64,000 nt of DNA from a virus. Under the pieces are notes generated by a model that saw only the letters and a list, made by a program, of their open reading frames with translations, did no database searches and had not been told where the DNA came from. This document shows, piece after piece, positions 1-9,029 of the stretch. Each line of letters starts with the position of its first letter. Positions within the stretch are counted from its first letter, which is position 1. The stretch is taken from positions 33,809 to 97,808 of the IMG/VR virus record IMGVR_UViG_3300044801_000208; one strand, written 5' to 3'. The position numbers and the translations under genes were made by a program.

Positions 1-1744
1 CTGTCGAGGCGACCGCGAACGGGCTGTAGGTGTAGCGGTTGCCGAGCCTCGGCGACTGGTACGTGGTGTCGTTCAGGATGTTCACGGACGCCGCCTGGAT
101 GACCGCCGCCATGACCGCCGCGTAGGCGCTCGGGAAAGTGATTGGCACGGGGAACTCCGCCGTGCCCTCGCCGAGGGTCACCGTGGTCGTGCCGCTGCCC
201 GCAGGGGTAGGGACGTAGTCGAGGTCGGAGCCCGTGGGGCCGGAGAGGTAGTTCGAGTCCTGGTAGCCGTCCCACGTCTTGTTGCGCGTGTACCCGAGCA
301 GGGACGCCTCGACGTAGGAGAGCTTCCACAGCAGCGTGAAGAGCTTCTGGCCGCTCAGAGAGTTGAGCAGGGTGTACAGCGGCAGCACCGGGGCGTTCTG
401 GTAGACGACCCCCTGGGGGCTGACCGCCCACGTGGACGGGTTCGCGCCCGGCTCCAGGTTCGTGTTCCCGGAGTTGGCGATGTAGAGGTTCCCGCCGAAG
501 GTCACCACGTCATTCTGCTGGTACTGGACCGTGGGGTCCCAGATGCTCATGTACTCCGGCCCGTCGCCGCTCGCGTCGTTGTACGGCACGGGGACGGTGT
601 TCAGGTAGGTCACGGACGGCTGTATGTATGCCAGGAACGCCGCCTCGAAGTTCGGTATCCAGTTGCCGCCGCGCCCGGCCCTGGCGGCGGCTAGGTAGAG
701 GAGCCACGCGGACATGATGAACGGGTCGTAGTTGTTCGCGACGATCTCTCCGAGGTTGATGTAGTGGACCAGGTCCTTGCGGAGCTGCGGCTGGCGCACG
801 GCGAGGTTCGGGCTCGCGTAGTCCGGGTCGCTCGGCTCCACGGTGTCGCCGCGCAGGGACGGCACGATGGACACGATGTTCGCCGTGTACGTGGACGCGG
901 GCAGGCTGTAGGCGTCGACGATGGTGTGCGGGTCGGGGACCGCGCCGTCCATAGAGGAGTTCGGGTTGAAGTCCGGGCCGAACACGGGGGAGCTCGTCGG
1001 GTCCACGGACGGGGAGCCGCCGAGCGGCGGGATGTACTGCGCGGTGCCGAGCGACAGCCCGCTGTTCGTCAGGACCATCTGCGGGATGCTCGGGCCGAGC
1101 ACGCCGGAGCCGTTCAGGCCGGGGATCGTGAGCGAGCACTGGCTGAACGAGAAGTTGAAGTTGAAGACGGGCGGCTTCGTGAACGCCTTGGCGAAGTTCG
1201 CGAGCGGCGCGAAGTTGAACCCGTTCCAGTTCCACATGCCCTCGGGCAGGAGGTTCGGGATGGACGGGAGCGCGGGGAGCCCCCAGTTGCAGATGTTGTT
1301 CAGCAGGTTGGCCAGGGCGTTCAGGCTCGACTGCACCATCTGGACCATGGACTGCTCTATCGCCAGGAGCGTGTTGAGGTTGGTCGTCACCGCCATCACC
1401 AGCCCCAGAATCTCCTGCTGGAACTTGTTCGCCGTCTGGATGATGCTGATGCCGTCCGCGATGTACTTGGGGACGCGGGCGTGGTGCCCGAGCTGGCCGT
1501 CGACCGCCAGCTGGTTCATGTGCGTGTACGTCTCGATCTGGTTGACGAGGAGCTGCTTCTTCTGGAGGATTATGTTGTTCGCGTCCGTGATGCTGGACTC
1601 AAGGACGCGGCCCTGCTCCATCGCCTGCTGGTAGTAGTGCGAGATGGTCGGGTCGTTGAGCGGGTTGACGCGGTTCACCGCGCCCTTGGCCTTGATGGGC
1701 CACAGCAGCGCGTTCTGCTCGGCTTGTGTTAGATTATCCGCCAT
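1..1744 (-). CDS. Large putative virion/baseplate protein, 3' end outside the window
   Basis: Not in the ORF track. Read manually from ATG at 1744 (TAATG overlap with the upstream stop): MADNLTQAEQNALLWPIKAKGAVNRVNP..., with strongly GC3-biased codons continuing towards the window start; lies in the tail module. Confidence 0.7.
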   Translation of the reverse strand, partial: MADNLTQAEQNALLWPIKAKGAVNRVNPLNDPTISHYYQQAMEQGRVLESSITDANNIILQKKQLLVNQIETYTHMNQLAVDGQLGHHARVPKYIADGISIIQTANKFQQEILGLVMAVTTNLNTLLAIEQSMVQMVQSSLNALANLLNNICNWGLPALPSIPNLLPEGMWNWNGFNFAPLANFAKAFTKPPVFNFNFSFSQCSLTIPGLNGSGVLGPSIPQMVLTNSGLSLGTAQYIPPLGGSPSVDPTSSPVFGPDFNPNSSMDGAVPDPHTIVDAYSLPASTYTANIVSIVPSLRGDTVEPSDPDYASPNLAVRQPQLRKDLVHYINLGEIVANNYDPFIMSAWLLYLAAARAGRGGNWIPNFEAAFLAYIQPSVTYLNTVPVPYNDASGDGPEYMSIWDPTVQYQQNDVVTFGGNLYIANSGNTNLEPGANPSTWAVSPQGVVYQNAPVLPLYTLLNSLSGQKLFTLLWKLSYVEASLLGYTRNKTWDGYQDSNYLSGPTGSDLDYVPTPAGSGTTTVTLGEGTAEFPVPITFPSAYAAVMAAVIQAASVNILNDTTYQSPRLGNRYTYSPFAVAST

Positions 1745-2475
1745 TAGCTATACCTGCCGTTAGCGCCCCTTTTCCGATGTGCGGCTGTGTCAATCCCTTT
1801 TTTACTTTGACTTATACGTTCTGCACGCAGCCGCCTTTTTTCGGCGTTCGCCGGGTCTGCATGCCAATGATGAGATCGTTTAGACTGCCCCTGTTTCCAC
1901 TCTTCAGAGTGTTTCAAAGGATGTATTTTCTGCCATTGTCTTGTTGATTCAGCATGACGGTTTCTTGTTTCTTCGGTGTTGTGGGCTTGCTTGAAAGCCG
2001 CTTTTTTCACGGGGTCGGAGAAACGTGCTAACTGAGCTTCAGACACAGCTTTTTTGACCGTAGAACTGGTCATAGCCTGTTTCGTAATAGCGCTTTGTCG
2101 TTCTCTGTTTGCTGAATCGGTGTAAAACCGTGCTAAAGACTCCTTCTGTCGCCTTAAAATTTCAGGGTTCTTGTCATCAGATGGGGTCCATGCGCACGAG
2201 ATGTTGAACTGAGAGGCTGCTGTGCGGGAAATCCAAGCCTGCTCGCGGGCTCGTAACCAAATCTTGTCCTCAACCTTTTCCAAAATCCCGCACACGAACT
2301 CATTTTCCCCATACTTGTTCCAAGCTTTCTGGAGATAGGGATTATCGTGGGTACCTCTGCGCAAATTTCTTTGGTGGTATTGCAAGCGCTTTTCACACTG
2401 CACGGAGCTGCCGACGTACACCCGTCCATCCAGCAACAACGTTATCCCGTACACGCCTTGTGTGTTCGTTTTCAT
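1744..2475 (-). CDS. GIY-YIG homing endonuclease
   Basis: GVYGI...VYVGSS, H.N..LQ.AWNKYG, E..WI motifs; AT-richer than its neighbours. Confidence 0.9.
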   Translation of the reverse strand: MKTNTQGVYGITLLLDGRVYVGSSVQCEKRLQYHQRNLRRGTHDNPYLQKAWNKYGENEFVCGILEKVEDKIWLRAREQAWISRTAASQFNISCAWTPSDDKNPEILRRQKESLARFYTDSANRERQSAITKQAMTSSTVKKAVSEAQLARFSDPVKKAAFKQAHNTEETRNRHAESTRQWQKIHPLKHSEEWKQGQSKRSHHWHADPANAEKRRLRAERISQSKKGIDTAAHRKRGANGRYS

Positions 2476-2481
2476 TTGTTT

Positions 2482-4812
2482 TTACGAGTTTTCGTCACTT
2501 TGGTATAAGCCTTGTGAATTCACGATGTCGGGTGCCTCGGTCGTGTCCCTAGCAAGGGAGGCGCTTATCGCCTTTTGCTGAGTTTCGATGCGGTCGGTCT
2601 TCACGATGGAGCGCAGGGTCGTGGCCTCCGTGACCATGTCGCCCGTGCAGTGGTACTGGAGGTTGCCCTGGTGCGTGACATCCACGTCCCCTATGATGTT
2701 GAGGCGCATGGCCTTGCCCTGCGCGTTCGGGAGGATCGTGATCTCGATGCCGCCGTCCAGCGCGGCGGTGACGGAGCGCCCCATCAGGTCCTTGCCGAGG
2801 GCCATGACGACGCCGCCCGCGAGGTCCAGCAGGAGGGACTGCCCCGTCGCCGGGTTGGAGCCGAGGCGGAGCAGGAAGTCCATGACCGCGTGCAGGTCCA
2901 GCGAGCGGCCGGAGGAGTCCATGCTCATGACGGGCGGCCCGCTCCAGCTGTAGGGCGGGTAGTCGTTGGCGGACGGGGGCGAGCCCGCCTGCGTGAGGTC
3001 GTGGAACTGGTAAATGCTGTCCCCCGCGCCGTAGGTCGGCCTGCCGGGGCTCTTGGAGTCCACGCGGGAGGAGTCGCCGACCGCGTAGGCCGTCTTGCCC
3101 GGCCCGTCCGCGTAGCCGTTGATGAGGTGCCTGCGGAGGGACTGCGCGTTCTTCGCGCCGAGGCGCAGCACGACGCCGCCGTCCGCCGCCGCCCTGACGG
3201 AGATGTTCTCCCCGCCCACCTTGTTCGTGAGGCTCACGGCGTCGCCGGGGATGAGCCTGGACTTCGCCCAGTACTGCACGGGCTTGCCGTCCGCGTAACG
3301 CTTGGCGGGCGTGTCGCCCTTGCTCCTGATCTGCGTGAGGACGGAGCGCCGCGAGTCCGGCAGAGACGTGTCGTCCGCGCCGAGGCGGAGGACCGACTGC
3401 CCGAGGACCTGCGCGTCTAGCGCGTCCTCCTCGTCGCGGTTCTTGCCGACGACGAGCTTGGCGGAGCCTACGAGGTGCGCCTCAAGGGAGCGCCCGGCCC
3501 CGTGCGGGTGCTCGTAGCCGCCCTGGAGCGGGATGTTCTCCTTCGGCAGAGTGGAGCCGATCTCAAGGCTGGTGAAGCCCTCCTTAGTGACGTCGAGGCG
3601 CGTCGTGTTCTGCTCGTACGGGAACCTGACCGCCAGGCAGGAAGCGGCGAGCCTGGCCTCCTCGTGGTCCGGGGAGTCGACGACCGGGAGGTAGCCCGAC
3701 TCCACGTCCGCGCCGAAGCGCCCGTTGTAGTTGTACGGGAACAGGACGGGCTTGAGCACGTAGCCGTAGGTGGACTTGTCGTAGATGTTGTAGCCGACGA
3801 GCGTGCCCTGCGCCCGCTCCAGGATGTAGGCGCGTCGCGCGGGGGTCGAGCCCTCGTTGAGCGTCGGCCCGACGGCGCTGACCCTGTCGTCGTACGGGTC
3901 GTCCCAGCCCTGGTTGACCGTGAAGGTCTCGTTGTCGTACGCGGGGACGTTCCCGGCCGCCGGGGTGACGGTGGTCCTGCCCCACGGGTCCGCCGTGGTG
4001 CCGAGGATCGTGTCGAGCAGGCTGGTCTGAAGCACCTCGTAGGGCACGGGGTAGTCCAGCGAGTACTCCTGGATCAGCTCCGTGTTCTCGGAGAACGGGA
4101 TCACGTCCTGCTTGCCGCCGACGTAGCGATCGCTGGGCTGCGAGCCGGGCTGGAGGTAGACGATGTAGTCCGACGTGCCGTCCGGCAGGACGACGGGGAC
4201 GACCGTAGGGGCCGTCGTGTTCGGGCGGTTGACGGAACCGACGTACGAGACCCCGGCGTCGTCGTACCCGACCCTGCGCCCGGCGATCTGCGTCCACTGG
4301 CGCTTGTCTGAGTCCGCCTTGTCGCGGTCCATCGCCGCCGACTGCCTGTCCCAGGACGTGTCGACCTTCTCCGAGAAGCCGCCCGTGTAGGAGGACGTTT
4401 TCTGGCCTGGGGTCGCCTTCCGCCACGTGGCGCGGAGGCGGTCGGAGTAGCCCTGAATGCGGTCGCCGGAAATCTGCCTGCTAGCGATGGCGTCCACGCT
4501 GGGGTACTGCTGTGCGTTGACCCAGCCGAGGATCATCACCTGGCGGTAGCCGCGCTCGTAGGAATAGTTCGCGGCCAGGCCGATGGAGCCCTGCTCCGGC
4601 ATGTTCGTGTCGCCGCCGGTGAGCCCGGAGTAGTTCGCCGGAAAAACGCTAATCTCCGAGTAGACAAGCCCGTCCTTGACATCCTCCACGGTCAGGACCT
4701 TCCGCTCGTAGTCCACCGTCAGCACCTCGACGATGAATATCTCGTAGGCGAGCCTGTCGTTGGTGCGGTTGAACGTCGGCCTGTAGTTGCTGTTTTCCCT
4801 TACTGGGGGCAT
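2482..4812 (-). CDS. Putative baseplate spike/hub (gp5/gpV-like) protein, 776 aa
   Basis: N-terminal OB-fold-like segment ending MPEQGSIGL..VMILGW; beta-rich C-terminus; position after a hub-like gene. Confidence 0.55.
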   Translation of the reverse strand: MPPVRENSNYRPTFNRTNDRLAYEIFIVEVLTVDYERKVLTVEDVKDGLVYSEISVFPANYSGLTGGDTNMPEQGSIGLAANYSYERGYRQVMILGWVNAQQYPSVDAIASRQISGDRIQGYSDRLRATWRKATPGQKTSSYTGGFSEKVDTSWDRQSAAMDRDKADSDKRQWTQIAGRRVGYDDAGVSYVGSVNRPNTTAPTVVPVVLPDGTSDYIVYLQPGSQPSDRYVGGKQDVIPFSENTELIQEYSLDYPVPYEVLQTSLLDTILGTTADPWGRTTVTPAAGNVPAYDNETFTVNQGWDDPYDDRVSAVGPTLNEGSTPARRAYILERAQGTLVGYNIYDKSTYGYVLKPVLFPYNYNGRFGADVESGYLPVVDSPDHEEARLAASCLAVRFPYEQNTTRLDVTKEGFTSLEIGSTLPKENIPLQGGYEHPHGAGRSLEAHLVGSAKLVVGKNRDEEDALDAQVLGQSVLRLGADDTSLPDSRRSVLTQIRSKGDTPAKRYADGKPVQYWAKSRLIPGDAVSLTNKVGGENISVRAAADGGVVLRLGAKNAQSLRRHLINGYADGPGKTAYAVGDSSRVDSKSPGRPTYGAGDSIYQFHDLTQAGSPPSANDYPPYSWSGPPVMSMDSSGRSLDLHAVMDFLLRLGSNPATGQSLLLDLAGGVVMALGKDLMGRSVTAALDGGIEITILPNAQGKAMRLNIIGDVDVTHQGNLQYHCTGDMVTEATTLRSIVKTDRIETQQKAISASLARDTTEAPDIVNSQGLYQSDENS

Positions 4813-4819
4813 GTCTTCC

Positions 4820-7741
4820 TTATGACTGCTGCGCCTTGTTCGGCTGCGACATCTTGAACGCCGCTATCTCGGCCAGCGTGTTCAGCTTGGGCGCGATGCC
4901 CTGCGCGGACGTGCCGAACTTCGCGGACTGCGGGAGCGGAGTCAGCGGGTAGGACGGCGGCTTGTTCTGGCTCGCGATCAGGGTCTCCTGGACGGCCGGG
5001 ATCGGCGCGGCGTACCCAGAGACTAATACGTCGACGAGCTGCTGGTCGGCGTTTTGCGCCCCGGCGATGAGGGCAGCGGCGATGGTGTCCTCGGGCTGCG
5101 CGGTGTTGAGGAGGCTCTGGTCGGAGTACACGCCCGGCTGGTCGTACTTCAGCACGATGACCGTGGCGTCGGGCTGGAACGCGGGGTTCTGCTGCTGGCC
5201 GCCCTTCGGGTTGCTGGTGGACGGCGGGATCGCCGTGCTGCTGAGGCCGCCGACCGTGGACTGCAAGGAGGACATGGCGGTGAGGAGCTGGTTGGACGCG
5301 TCGCCGGAGGCGCTGGGCGTGCCGAGCCCGGCGAACAGCAGGGCGTCCGTGCTCTGGAGCACGACCACGTCGTTGAGCGTGAGCGGGGCGTTGGTGCCGA
5401 CCCAGCCAGCCTCCGTGAACTCGTGGATCGCCGCGTTGAGGTTCTGCCACCTGCCCCACGGGAACGGCGCGACGAGCTCGTAGCCCTTGTCGTCCGTGTA
5501 CGGGATGGTCGAGTGCGTGGTCAGGCTGCCGCTCTTGCTCCCTACCAGCTTCTCCATGTACTTGTAGTCCGCCGGGATGAACTGGCCCGCGTTGAAGTAG
5601 CCCTGGTTCGTGCCCGGCGCGATGGTGCCCTGGGCCTGGCTCCCGTCGTTCTTGACCACGTACACGGCCGTCGGCGAGGAGAACGCGTTCTCGTAGGTCT
5701 GCTTGACGACGTTGGATTTGTAGGAGTGAATCTTGACCTGGTCGTTCGACGGGGCGAGCTTCGTGCCGTCCGTGTTCGTGTCCGGGACGGGCAGGGTGGT
5801 CGACGAGCCGACGATGCTGCTGGGGCTCGATCCGCTCTGGCTCACTTGCTGCGGCCCGCCTGCGATGTTGTTGGCGTTGGCCGTGAACACCCCGACGCTG
5901 TTCCCCGGCGACTGGCCCGGGTCGATCGAGGTCGGCTGCTTCGGGTTGTCCGTCCACTGGAGCACGAGGTTCGGGGCGGAGGTGTATGCAGCGTACGACT
6001 TCTGGGTGGTGCCGCCCGTGGACACGGTCTGCCAGGTGTTGACTAGGACCCTGCGGCGCACTGAGTCGCACGTCACCGTCATGGTCGCGGTGCCGCCGAC
6101 CTGGTACTGGATGTTGACGGACTTCACGTACGCGTACATGTCCTTGTGCGGGATGAACACTGGGAACCCGAGCTTGATCTCAGGGCGCAGCGGGATCGTG
6201 ACCGTGTAGGTGCGGTAGCCACGGTTGGCCCTGGCCGTCTCCGCGCAGGCGTGGGCGAACAGGGAAATCTTGTCAAACGGCAGCCACGGCACCATGTAGG
6301 CTGGCTCCTCGCGGAGGCCGAACTTCGCCATTTTAGCGACGTCGGTCCACTCCACGGTCGGCGAGATGTTCGCCGGGTAGTTGATGTTGAGGTCGCGGTC
6401 CTTGTTCCCCGTGAGCGTCGTGCGCGTCCTGCGGATGGCGCTCTGGTCCTCCGTCTCCTGCTCCGTCAGAATCTCCGACAGGTAGATGACGAACGGGTTG
6501 TTGTTCTCGTAAATCTGCGTCAGCGGGTTCGTCAGGCTGTTCGAGCGGGTTCCGCTCGACGGGCTGCTCTGGATCGCGTCCGGCCCGAGGTTCCTGAGCG
6601 TGGACTGCTGGTTGGCCTGCGCCTGCTGGTCCGTGACCACGGGGTCGGAGGTCGTCTGCTGCGAACGCGACCCGAGGTCCGTCACGTCCAGGTTGTAGAG
6701 CGGCGGCTTGATGATGATCTTACCGTCGATGTCCTGGTACCCCTCGAAGTCGATCATGTTCACGACCTGGCGGATCATGTCCAGGCGGTTCACGATGACG
6801 TTGTCTGTGAGGTTCTGCTGGGTGATGGTCTTGAACGGAGCGTACTTCTGGATGTTCTGGTAGTAGGTCTGGTTCGCGTTCTCCTTGACCGACTCCTTCT
6901 GTGCCGTGTGCCTCTGGACGGACGCCGCCTTCGTGTCCTTGCCCGCCTCCTTGTACGCCTTGCTCCTCTGCATCAGCGTCGACTGGCCGAGGTTGTCCTT
7001 GTTCGGGCCGTAGATGTGGACGTCCTTCACCATCTGGAACAGGATCGCCTGCCACTTGGCCATGTAGCCGCGCTGCACGGCGTCAAAGAACGGGTTGCCT
7101 TTTACGAGAGCGTCCTGCTCAAGCGAGGAAAACTGAAAGCCGTCCGACTGGAAACCCTCCGTGAAAATGGCCGCGAGCGTCTCGAAGCAGTCGCAGTTCG
7201 CCAGGATAGACTGCCAGATCGTCAGGTTCGACCCGGTGTTCACGGCAGTGTTCACGGCCGGGTGGATGTTGATCATCATCTTCTCCAGCATGTACATCGC
7301 GCCGTGGCACTGGACGTCGATCTGGAGGGTCTTGCCGTTGTCGTTGTAGCTGATGTGCGAGGTGACGCCCTTGAACACGCGGCGGTAGATCGTGTCGCCC
7401 TGCGAGGACATGTAGTACGCCTTCGCGTAGACCTGTACCTGCGCCATAGTCTGTAGCAGGTTGTTGCCGCCCGGCGTCTGGTACAGGTACTTCTGGAAGT
7501 TCGGCACCTGGAGCCCGATGGAGCAGTTCGGAACGAGCATGTCAGTATCGTACCCTGCGCTGAAGGACGCCACGTGATCGTTGAAGTTGACGAGCGTGTA
7601 CGCCTTCCCGGTGGTCTGGTCGTTCAGGAAGTAGTTAGTCAGGTACGGGAGCCCGTCAATGTAGACGACGACATCGGGTGCCGTCTTGATGATTTCCCTC
7701 TCCTGGCAGGTTTGGGAAATGTTTCTAATCATGCTAGTCAT
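4820..7741 (-). CDS. Putative baseplate hub/tail protein, 973 aa
   Basis: RRVFKGV, FEGYQDIDGKIIIKPP and PLRPEIKLGFPV..YVKSV motifs typical of gp27/hub-like proteins; context. Confidence 0.6.
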   Translation of the reverse strand: MTSMIRNISQTCQEREIIKTAPDVVVYIDGLPYLTNYFLNDQTTGKAYTLVNFNDHVASFSAGYDTDMLVPNCSIGLQVPNFQKYLYQTPGGNNLLQTMAQVQVYAKAYYMSSQGDTIYRRVFKGVTSHISYNDNGKTLQIDVQCHGAMYMLEKMMINIHPAVNTAVNTGSNLTIWQSILANCDCFETLAAIFTEGFQSDGFQFSSLEQDALVKGNPFFDAVQRGYMAKWQAILFQMVKDVHIYGPNKDNLGQSTLMQRSKAYKEAGKDTKAASVQRHTAQKESVKENANQTYYQNIQKYAPFKTITQQNLTDNVIVNRLDMIRQVVNMIDFEGYQDIDGKIIIKPPLYNLDVTDLGSRSQQTTSDPVVTDQQAQANQQSTLRNLGPDAIQSSPSSGTRSNSLTNPLTQIYENNNPFVIYLSEILTEQETEDQSAIRRTRTTLTGNKDRDLNINYPANISPTVEWTDVAKMAKFGLREEPAYMVPWLPFDKISLFAHACAETARANRGYRTYTVTIPLRPEIKLGFPVFIPHKDMYAYVKSVNIQYQVGGTATMTVTCDSVRRRVLVNTWQTVSTGGTTQKSYAAYTSAPNLVLQWTDNPKQPTSIDPGQSPGNSVGVFTANANNIAGGPQQVSQSGSSPSSIVGSSTTLPVPDTNTDGTKLAPSNDQVKIHSYKSNVVKQTYENAFSSPTAVYVVKNDGSQAQGTIAPGTNQGYFNAGQFIPADYKYMEKLVGSKSGSLTTHSTIPYTDDKGYELVAPFPWGRWQNLNAAIHEFTEAGWVGTNAPLTLNDVVVLQSTDALLFAGLGTPSASGDASNQLLTAMSSLQSTVGGLSSTAIPPSTSNPKGGQQQNPAFQPDATVIVLKYDQPGVYSDQSLLNTAQPEDTIAAALIAGAQNADQQLVDVLVSGYAAPIPAVQETLIASQNKPPSYPLTPLPQSAKFGTSAQGIAPKLNTLAEIAAFKMSQPNKAQQS

Positions 7742-7812
7742 GAGTTGAGCTCTCCAACGCCGCAGTCATGGACTACAACAGTCTGCGAGATGTTGCGGAT
7801 CATGCTCGTCAC
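7738..7812 (-). pseudogene. 24-codon mini-ORF duplicating the first 11 codons of the downstream hub gene
   Basis: GTG ACG AGC ATG ATC CGC AAC ATC TCG CAG ACT = MTSMIRNISQT, then VVVHDCGVGELNS*. It has a GGGAGG RBS and its stop overlaps the hub ATG. Confidence 0.8.
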
Positions 7813-8954
7813 GGCTTGCCTCCCAGCGTGTCAGTGAAGGGCCCGCCCGGCAGGGTCGGGTCGATCAGCCAGGGCGTGTAGGGCAGGAAATCCGAAGAGG
7901 TCGGGTCGTTCTCTGGGAACGTGTTGGACGCCGTCGACGAGTCCACGGACGGCGACTGGAGCGCGGGCTGCGACTGCGGCGCGACGGGCGGCGGCGGCCC
8001 GTAGGTGACATTGGTCGCGGAGGAGTTCTGCGTCGTGCCCTGCTGCGTCGTCAGGGCGGTCGGCTTCCACGCGCCGTAGGTGTGCCCGCGCTGGACGTTG
8101 TTCGGGATCAGGTTCGCGTACGGGGAGCTCCTGCGGAAACGCTCCTTCCAGGCGACGAAGGTGATGCTGAAGTTCATGAGGTACGGCGCGTTCGCGTCCT
8201 GGGACACGGTCAGGGAGTCGAACATCCCGTACCAAATGAAGTTCCCGACCCAAAGCTCCACGTCCTGGTGCATCTTGATGCGGCGGCGTGTGAAATCGGC
8301 GGCCAGCGGGCCCTCGTTGAGCTGCTCGCCCTCAAACCAGTAGCCGTTGTTCTCGAACACCACTAGGAGCTGCTCAAGGTTACGCCACGACTCCGTGTAC
8401 GGCTGGAGCGCGTCCGTGAGGCCGAAAGAGAAGTACTGCCCCGCCGTCTTGCCGGACATGGTGATGCTGAGGGAGTCCTCGCCCCACACGCCGATCTGCC
8501 AGCCTGCGCGGGTCATGGCCTGTCCGTCAAGCGTGGTGCGGCTGACCTGCACCGTCGCGGGGTTGATCAGGAAGCGGAACACGGCGGGCGGGCCGTTCCC
8601 GGCCGGGGTCCCGGTGGAGGTCAAACCACGGCCGGGGATACGCACGATGACGTAGTCCACGAACGGCTCCATGGCGGCCGTGACGTAGAAGTCACTGCCG
8701 GAGGAGAGCACCGTCCTCCCGGTCGGCCCGTTCGGGGTCGGGGGCGCGTTCCCGGTCTTGAGGAAGGCGTCCGTGACCCCGTCGTTCAGGTCGATCGGAC
8801 TGATCGGGCAGGGGATGATCCTCTTCTCGCCGCGTATCGGGAGCTGGGTCGGCGAGACGCCGGAGGCCTGGGCCCCGTCCGGCCGAACGTCGCTGAGGTC
8901 CGGGCTGTTCGCGTTCGTGTTCACCTGCGCGTTGTTGGCGTTGCTGCTGGGCAT
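7809..8954 (-). CDS. Putative virion (tail tube initiator/baseplate-like) protein, 381 aa
   Basis: FLINP..V....TRAGW....WGE...I.MSGKT and YGMFDSL pattern; resembles the C-terminal domain of the upstream gene. Confidence 0.55.
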   Translation of the reverse strand: MPSSNANNAQVNTNANSPDLSDVRPDGAQASGVSPTQLPIRGEKRIIPCPISPIDLNDGVTDAFLKTGNAPPTPNGPTGRTVLSSGSDFYVTAAMEPFVDYVIVRIPGRGLTSTGTPAGNGPPAVFRFLINPATVQVSRTTLDGQAMTRAGWQIGVWGEDSLSITMSGKTAGQYFSFGLTDALQPYTESWRNLEQLLVVFENNGYWFEGEQLNEGPLAADFTRRRIKMHQDVELWVGNFIWYGMFDSLTVSQDANAPYLMNFSITFVAWKERFRRSSPYANLIPNNVQRGHTYGAWKPTALTTQQGTTQNSSATNVTYGPPPPVAPQSQPALQSPSVDSSTASNTFPENDPTSSDFLPYTPWLIDPTLPGGPFTDTLGGKP

Positions 8955-9029
8955 AATTTACTCGATCTGGTCCGGCACGGAGGACGTCGACGTCGGCACT
9001 GGGCCCGCGTTGGCCGCCTCGCTTAGCGC

